The notes beneath the pieces are model-generated. The model was not told where the DNA came from. It saw nothing but the letters and a program-made list of their open reading frames with translations, and made no database searches. A stretch of 63,992 bases of DNA, filler included, from Stramenopiles sp. TOSAG23-3 (taxonomy: Eukaryota), in assembly GCA_900128585.1 (NCBI GenBank). It is 17 parts of 17 records of this genome, joined end to end, with 100 filler letters (N's around TTAATTAATTAA, not from the genome) between each part and the next. Parts side by side here need not be neighbours in the genome. Positions count along the whole stretch, not along the records: positions 35,895 to 63,992 come from LT642252.1; 16 more parts are not named here. The stretch is one strand, 5' to 3'. Of the stretch, positions 57,118 through 63,992 are shown in pieces. The translations under genes were made by a program, and so were the position numbers. Every line of letters starts with the position of its first letter. Position 1 is the first letter of the stretch.

Positions 57118-57279
57118 AATTTAAAAAAATTATATTACATAAATATATCACGGTCAGGACGACGAGAGAGAACGTACGAAGTAACTGATATTAATTGTTT
57201 AGTGTGTTCTTACTTCAGTTTAAAAACAAAATATTGGCTGTGTACTTAATCTTAACTTATGTAGAAACTCTTTTTGTAC

Positions 57280-58465
57280 TTATATTTGATCGTCTGACAA
57301 GTTTGTTCGTATACCGTAACGACCGGCAAGTCTTCCTGTCTTGTAAAAGGTGACAACTCCATCATTCTCACGAGAGAAATGACAGTTCTCGCCGTGGGCG
57401 GCAAAANNNNNNNNNNNNNNNNNNNNNNNNNNNNNNNNNNNNNNNNNNNNNNNNNNNNNNNNNNNNNNNNNNNNNNNNNNNNNNNNNNNNNNNNNNNNNN
57501 NNNNNNNTGACAACTCCATCATTCTCACGAGAGAAATGACAGTTCTCGCCGTGGGCGGCAAAAAGTTCAGTTGCAATACTCTTCAAGGTTGTCTCACTCT
57601 TGCCATCACAAATAAAATCAAATGTATTTTTTCGGGATCGAGAATTCGACGGGTTTTTCCTGCTTTTGCTTCGTGGAGTTTTCTTTGAAGGGTTTTTTTT
57701 CGGTGTCGACGCTCTGCTCTTTTTCCTCTTTTTCGATGTCGGCGCTCTGCTCTTTTTCGGTGTCGGCGCTCTGCTCTTTTTTGGTGCCGGCGCGATGCCC
57801 TTTTTGTTGTACCTTGGCGTTCGTTCTGCCGATTCAACCCACATCATAAAAAGGTAGTTTATAACAAGCACCACAGCAAAGAATGGATCGAACTGGAGAA
57901 GGTTCCTCATGGCCACGATTGTCATTATGGAACCAATGTATTGCGGGTCTGATATACCTAAATTATATGGGAATCCATTTACCCACGGCACCTGCTCGCC
58001 GAAACGAACCCCGTAGTACGTTCCGGTGGTTCCTAGTGCGGAGTACACCCCTGCATTCAGTGCTTGCCCAGCTATCAGCAAGCAAACGTCCGACAGTGTG
58101 GTGAAAACAAAAAATTCGACTTCGTGGGTATGCAATAGCTTGTACGTATCATCCGTCATGAATTGGTTCCAGATAGATGCGGCATAAGATGGAGCGGACA
58201 CATTTCCTGCTAATAAAATAGTCCCAAAGAGCACGATTTTCAGACCATGGGCTACGTGGCTCATGAGTTTCGATGGTGTCCAACTCGTTCTTGCTGCAAT
58301 CTCACACCAGGAACCGGGAAACTGCCACAACCAAAAGTAGTAAATCGATGGCAACGAAAGCAGCAAAACATGTAGAACATTGATAGACCCTTGTTCAGTT
58401 CGTAAACCTGATACAAGTGGGGATACATAGTGTTCTTTTAACATCGAAATAAATTCTTGAATCAT
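57280..58465 (-). CDS. Phospholipid N-methyltransferase (PEMT/plant PLMT-like) with basic C-terminal tail; spans a false N gap
   Basis: GQALNAGVYSALGTTGTYYGVRFG..VPWVNGFPY....DPQYIGS. 57351-57406 duplicates 57508-57563 across the N run, so the ORF continues to TAA at 57280. Confidence 0.85.
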
Positions 58466-59426
58466 TTTTTCGTACTCGTGAATCAGTTCAAAATGTTCTC
58501 CTTGCGTATCTTTCAGCGCCTAGTAGTTCAGGTTCCGTTTGTCTTCCAGAGTTCCTACTCGCGTATGACTTCGATGTGTTGATCTATCAATTTATCTGAG
58601 TTGACAACATGTCAATAAGTTCTATGATTGGATGGACGGACGAAATTTTGCTGCGCTGCTGAGATTTTTTTTTTTTTTTCTTCAGAATTCAGAAGATGAT
58701 TAATTATTAGTCGTTCTATATTTATTTTCATGTACCTCATATTATACAATGTGACACAGCATCAAAATACTTTGACAAAAAGTCTGAAAACAAGACTGTG
58801 TTCCTGTAGTAATACTTATAACAACACTGTGTTCATGTATTAATACAATTAAAAGAATCGTATATTATATTTATTATAGGCGACTAACCCTAGTATACGA
58901 GGAGTCGTACATTTAAAAAAATTAGCTCATCCAATGTACATAAATATGCCGAATATTATAATTTAAATAAAATATAATAACGGCTCAATCATCAGCTCAT
59001 CGAATATATTATACGAGGAAAATAATAAAAGCAAGAAGAAGAAGAAGACAGACGGTTCTTCCGGATATAAAATACGCGTAATATACGTAGCGCATGTGTT
59101 GGTGTGGTGTGGTGTGGTGAAGAAGATTTTTTTTTGCGCATTTTTTTTTTTTTTACATCATCAACAAGAACAAAGGAACGGCAAGAAGAGGTTTGGTGGG
59201 AGGAAAATATTATTATTATTATTATTTATTATTATTTTTATTATAATAAAAAAAAATGAGTTTATTTTTATTTGTTTGTTTTTATTTACCGTACCACTGT
59301 TTGTATAAATGGAAACTACGTGCTGTTTGTTAATAAAATGTTAAATGTTAGCGTCAAACAATGAAATAAATTTGGATTTTCACATGGTATGTCACGCAAG
59401 GATTCTTAGGAGAAGAGTACGAAGCC

Positions 59427-60459
59427 ATGAAGAAAAAACAAAACGGTAAAAAGAAGAAACCGCAAAAGAAGGGTGGTAAATTAGAGAAAGGGAAGGCGGG
59501 CCGTGGGAAAGGGAAAGGGAAAGGCGGAAGCGAGGGTGGTAGTAGTGAAGAGGGTGCCGAGATACCGCCACTATTAACAGATAAAACATTTTCTCAGCTT
59601 TCGACAGTAAAGTCTTCTCCGTGTTTTTCTTTTGGGTCGTTGAATACTCTAAATAGTGCAAAAACTCAAAAAATTATACAAGAACATAGGAAAAAGAAAA
59701 TCTCCCCCGGCGCTCTAACGTATTCGGCGGGTGTGCAAAAGTACTTCCAGATCGGAAGAACAGCCCGCGCGGCAACTTTTGGTAAGTTTGGTACCATGTT
59801 TCTCTCCTCCGACGCTTGCTGTTACTAACTCTTTCATTATTATTTTTTCGCAAACCCAAGGTGCAACACGAAAGCCAAGAAAGCAATTTCTGGAGACTAT
59901 AGCAAAGTTGAAGGACGGTCGGCCTGGCCCGACAAGCTATACGGACGGAACGGCCAAATATTTTCGATTTGGGGGGAAAAATGGGACCATCTTTGACTCC
60001 ACGTATAGTTCTGTAAAAACGTCCAGGTTCGGTCCCGGTCTGCTTGAGAGTATGCAGAAGCAGACCAGGCCAAAAACAGCTCCGCTTAGAGGAGAGAGAC
60101 GAAGACAGCAAATGCTTCAGTACACGTTGCCGAATACGAGAGAGCGCCTCGAGCACTCGCAGAAAAGATCGACGACGGCTGCGAATAGTGAGGGGCAAAA
60201 AGTACAAACGGATACTTTTCAAAGAGCACCCTCATTTGTTTTCGGTCCTGGTTTTGGGAAGGCTGAGAGTAAAAGCAAGATAAAGAAACAACCGCTGTCA
60301 AGTAGCACATACCGAACAAAATTTGGGATCAAAGCGAAGAACAAAGGAGCGTTCGCCCCCCCCACCTCCCTCAATGCGAAACAATTGGAACGATTAAGGA
60401 AAGTCCTTGGTAAAGACCAGTTTGGACATGGCAATTTTCTTGCCAATCATGTCAAATAA
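59427..60459 (+). CDS. ODF3/SHIPPO-repeat-like protein, 2 exons (intron 59782-59860)
   Basis: SPCFSFG, SPGALTY, PGPTSY and APSFVFG motifs. A 79-nt GTAAGT...TACTAAC...AAG intron restores the frame (ATFG|ATRK). Confidence 0.72.
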
Positions 60460-60585
60460 TTTTCTACGCGCGCTGAATGTCTTAAGACGTGTGGTCTTAA
60501 ATATTGCTGTTGTATAAAATTGGTAATTCTTATAATTTTTACATAAAAAGAAATGTAAACGACATACTCAAAATATATATAAGAA

Positions 60586-60638
60586 ATAACATACTATATA
60601 ATTTGTTTTTTAGAAATAACAGCCAATTTTCTTGTTTT
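60586..60638 (+). mobile_element. Family A micro-copy with nested family C micro-copy
   Basis: Outer TSD TATATAAGAA (60576-60585, 60639-60648). Inner TSD AGAAATAACA (60582-60591, 60612-60621) around TACTATATAATTTGTTTTTT. Confidence 0.7.
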
Positions 60639-60777
60639 TATATAAGAATTCTCAATCTTACGTAAGTAACATATCTTGTTTCTTTACGAAAAGTGCCAAA
60701 AAGTGTGTGCAAAATATGCGGGGCTTCTCCCGAAGCAAAAAGGTGGTCTCCGATTGATCTTTAACAATATACGGACT

Positions 60778-61961
60778 TCAAAATTTTAATGTCCAGCATG
60801 CAGCTCGTCCGTCTCGTGACACTGATACAAGATGCTTCCTTGGGTGGTGTACGGACTTACCACTCTCTTCCGGGGGTTTTTTGTCGTCGTTCTGGCCTGC
60901 CGAAAAACTGGAGTCGTCCGTTAAGAATGCCAAATCATTAACAGTGCCTGAGTGAAACTCCAAATTTACCAGAGGGATTAAGTGATGGAAATCATACACC
61001 CTTACAATAGCGTCCCATCCTGAAAATGCTGCAATAGCAAACTCTTGAACATTAATGCGAATCTGCGATCGTTGAAAAATGAGAATCATCGGCCGTCCCC
61101 TTCCCAAAACCAAGAGGCACGTAGCACTCGTAGACAACTACGTTATCGTCCACACCACCAGAAAACCCACGGTATTTTGCCATGTTTACCAGCGATGGAA
61201 CGCCTCCGTCTCCCCCGCTAATCTCTGAGTTTTTGTCGGTAGCAGTGGCAAAATTGTAAGGAGAAAAGCAAACACAAAGCGCAGAATCAGCGTGAGCCGA
61301 CGCCCGGTGCATTTCGACTTTATTCCTGATACCAAACATGGACACATCCCCTGATTCAAAACCAACAATGACATGCGAGGCATCTATAATACATATCGAC
61401 ATGACCATGCCGCTAAGACTTTTTTTCGAGCCATCGTCCACATTACTGATCAAAATGCTTTCAGTGACAGAGACAGGTGCGCCAGGTATATCATATTCAA
61501 TCCTATGCGACCAGAATTTAGTGTCGTCCTCGGCAGGGACGGCGACCATATAGCGATTTTCAGACAAACTGTGAACGTGTAACCTCCCGTAACTTTGGCA
61601 GCAACTTTTAAGAGTGTATACTTTTTCAAGGCAAAATGATTTCTTCGATACTGTCGCGCTTTTGTCGACACGAGTCCTCCAAAAATTAATGATACCGTGC
61701 CTTGATGCAGGGGGTTGAAGACAAGCAGAGAATACTACTTTGACCGTGAGCACCTGTTTCCTTGTGCATACATCTGCGATTTTGAAAGTTCCAAAAAGAG
61801 AGTGTCCCTACGTCTGTTCCACAGACCAATACCGAATTGCCGAAAAAACTGACGGCCGTCACTTGATCTCTTCCACCCCGCAGAACAAACGTTGGGGCAG
61901 TGTGGCGCCCTTTGCTTCGTGCATTGGAAGGCCGTTCCTGTCGGGTCCTGGGGAACTGCAT
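60778..61961 (-). CDS. GNB1L: GNB1L/ASA1-like WD40 protein with two frameshifts (~61701-61709, ~61063-61069)
   Basis: PTFVLRG...VTAVSF, SRHGIINFW, GMVMSI, VGFESG, GFSGGVDD, GWDAIVRVY, LEFHSGTVNDLAF and SRDGRAACW are spread over three overlapping frames. Confidence 0.75.
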
Positions 61962-62602
61962 ACCCACCCCAACGCTTGAAAAATTTCAAATACAAAAAGA
62001 AATTGTCGTCTTGGAGTTCTACAAAGTCTAGAGAAGAATTCCGAAAAAAGTTGGGTTGATTTTTTTCTCCAGTATCCCTGTAGATTGGTGGTCTATGAAA
62101 TCATGTATTTTGAGAAGACATAAATGTTTCTGGTATTTTTGGTAATAAGTGAATCATTATTTTTTATTATTGGGAAGAATCCAATTTCTGAATTTTTTTG
62201 ATGAGGACTAATAATAATAATTAAATTATAATAATAAATCGAAAGAGATGGAGGTTTTAGTGAGAAGATGATGAATATTTTAAATTATTTATTTTTACTT
62301 CTTCCTTTTTTTTTGCAACTCCTCCTTCCTAAAAAAATATGAATAGTCTGTATACAACTATACAGCATGTAGAATCTTCTCAAAGTGGACAATATAATAG
62401 TTAATAGTCTAATAAACAACTTTATTATTTTATTACCCAAGTTGGGTACTACGGTATCAGAATTATTATTTCGTTCCATAGTATTAATAGCTATTACCGG
62501 TATACACACACTACCAGGTTTACATTCCTTCATGAACTGCGAACTTATCTTTAAAATGTAAGGCTTAAGAATCTTTAGAATTACTTCGTAAAAAAAATTA
62601 TG

Positions 62603-63992
62603 TTAAGGCTCATTCGTCGATCTAATGTCCGTGCTTGGTATTCCTCGACTAATCGTACCATCCTCGACAAAAAATATTGTGCACGAGCCGTCCTCAGTTG
62701 ACTGCTCAAGCACGACTCCACTGTAATGCACCTTTTGGTGCCTCTCGAATATCCTTCCCTTACTGTTTGAAATTCCTGCGTATGTTTCCAGGGCTTGTAT
62801 TTTATTCTTAAAATTTTGCTGGTCTCTCTCGTTGTCTTCTATTTGGAGCCTTTTCTGGTTCTTTCGGTGTTTTCTGGCCAGACTAAATGTTGAAGACATG
62901 GTGTAAGGAATTTTTCCACGTTTCGGGGAACGCACGACGGGCTGTTCCCGGCTTTCATTGCTCGCAGTAAACATATCCTCATTGCCATTCACCGATGAGT
63001 GCACGTTCTGCATCTTTCGAATCAAGGACGTCTTCGCGTCCTTTTCCATTTTTAATTTCTTCTGCGCCTGGGCGACTGCCATCTGAAGCTTCGAAAATTC
63101 TATCTGATGCTGTACCAAGGCCTCCTCGTCGTCCTCTTCAACGAGGTCTTCCGTGTGACTTTTGTGCTTCAAAAGAACACTCCTTGTGTTTGCGACTTGG
63201 ACAACTGCCGATAGAAGGTTCTTGAACTCGTTCTGTCGGACGCCTGACATGGACAAACACTGTCTCGAATTTTTGCTCAGTTTAGCGAACAGCTCGATCT
63301 CCAAAAACTCCTGGGTTATCTCACCCACGAGCCCACTGCGCTCCGTAATCTCTCGTTTGAGCTCACGCTCGAAAGTTGGCAAATCCGAGTCCTTCTCCCC
63401 AGATTTTTTGTGTTTCTGCTCAATCTCCTCGTGCGTACTCAAAAGGCTGTCTATCTCGGCTTTTTTTTCCTCATGACTGCTTGCGGATTGGTATGCTCTC
63501 AGAACAGCATTGATCCGAGCTTCCACGGCTTTCTTCTGCTTCTTGAGAACGGTGGATAGTTTTATTTGCTGCTGCTGTATCTGCTTCCTCAACCGAAGCG
63601 GCAAATCGTTGTTGTCCGGCGTGGTGGAGAATTGCAAAGAAGCGTACCTTCCAGTGCCGTTGTTTGCCGCTGCAATTGCGTCTCTTGCTAAATTGAACCC
63701 GTTGAGTCGGCTTGCGTTCATCCCTCCCTGGTACTTTCGGTGCATGACATGAACTAGTTTGCCAAAATATTTGTTAGCAAATTTTGCTCGCTCGGACTGT
63801 TTCTTGGACAGTGACAACAACTGGTTCTTCAAATGCTCTGGCAAGTTCCGGGGCCACAAAAAATTTTCTGCTGCTCTCTTTTTGACATCGGCTCCAAACG
63901 TGTGTGGCTTAGTGCTCTGGCGTTTTCCAGTTATTAAATTCTCGTACATCTTTTCCCCTTTCGCAGTAGTCAGGGTGATCCACCCAAGGGGC
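62603..63992 (-). CDS. 5'-partial protein: WW-like domain, coiled coils, C-terminal Tudor-like domain
   Basis: Open from the window edge: PLGWITLTTAKGEKMYENLITGKRQSTKP (WW-like). C-terminus FERHQKVHYSGVV...DGSCTIFFVEDG...IPSTDIR. Confidence 0.7.
   Translation of the reverse strand, partial: PLGWITLTTAKGEKMYENLITGKRQSTKPHTFGADVKKRAAENFLWPRNLPEHLKNQLLSLSKKQSERAKFANKYFGKLVHVMHRKYQGGMNASRLNGFNLARDAIAAANNGTGRYASLQFSTTPDNNDLPLRLRKQIQQQQIKLSTVLKKQKKAVEARINAVLRAYQSASSHEEKKAEIDSLLSTHEEIEQKHKKSGEKDSDLPTFERELKREITERSGLVGEITQEFLEIELFAKLSKNSRQCLSMSGVRQNEFKNLLSAVVQVANTRSVLLKHKSHTEDLVEEDDEEALVQHQIEFSKLQMAVAQAQKKLKMEKDAKTSLIRKMQNVHSSVNGNEDMFTASNESREQPVVRSPKRGKIPYTMSSTFSLARKHRKNQKRLQIEDNERDQQNFKNKIQALETYAGISNSKGRIFERHQKVHYSGVVLEQSTEDGSCTIFFVEDGTISRGIPSTDIRSTNEP

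Noticed and set aside
57351-57563. 56-nt direct repeat around an N run
   Set aside because: Exact overlap on both sides of a scaffold gap. Collapsing it restores the PLMT reading frame, so it is an assembly artefact.
61052-61695. Euplotes-style +1 programmed frameshift at the two CAT-TAA-T stops in GNB1L
   Set aside because: Conserved WD40 residues (ASRHGII, SQIR) lie in the new frame upstream of the stops, and residues are missing. The PRC1 case has no such stop motif. A deletion fits better.

Overview
Eukaryotic genomic DNA from an intron-poor, probably flagellated protist. A stramenopile-like single-cell or metagenome assembly is an inference from gene content and style only. The window is not contiguous: 16 unrelated ~2.1-kb contigs are joined by artificial N44-TTAATTAATTAA-N44 linkers (1-35894), followed by one ~28-kb scaffold (35895-63992). 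GC-richer, mostly single-exon genes sit in very AT-rich spacers. Recognisable genes include a dual-specificity phosphatase, NSUN2, GPATCH1, IDO, BCP1/BCCIP, COG2, CFAP97-like, LYAR, a DUF952-pseudophosphatase-AAMP/SQT1 fusion, a degenerate GAF-PDE, PRC1/MAP65, an LRR protein, PLMT, ODF3-like and GNB1L/ASA1. The main non-genic signal is a set of dispersed, 3'-anchored, variably 5'-truncated elements (families A, B, C). They end in ...TTGTTTTT (oligo-T, not poly-A), are often only 17-75 nt long, carry 10-14-bp target-site duplications, nest in each other and cluster at gene 3' ends and convergent spacers. The two longest A copies keep a frame-conserved ORF C-terminus, which points to an unusual non-LTR retroelement system. 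Other observations: short frameshifting deletions in otherwise conserved genes, a Mutator-like remnant with a possible captured mini-ORF, yeast-like intron signals, and a TACC(N0-2)GGTA candidate promoter palindrome.
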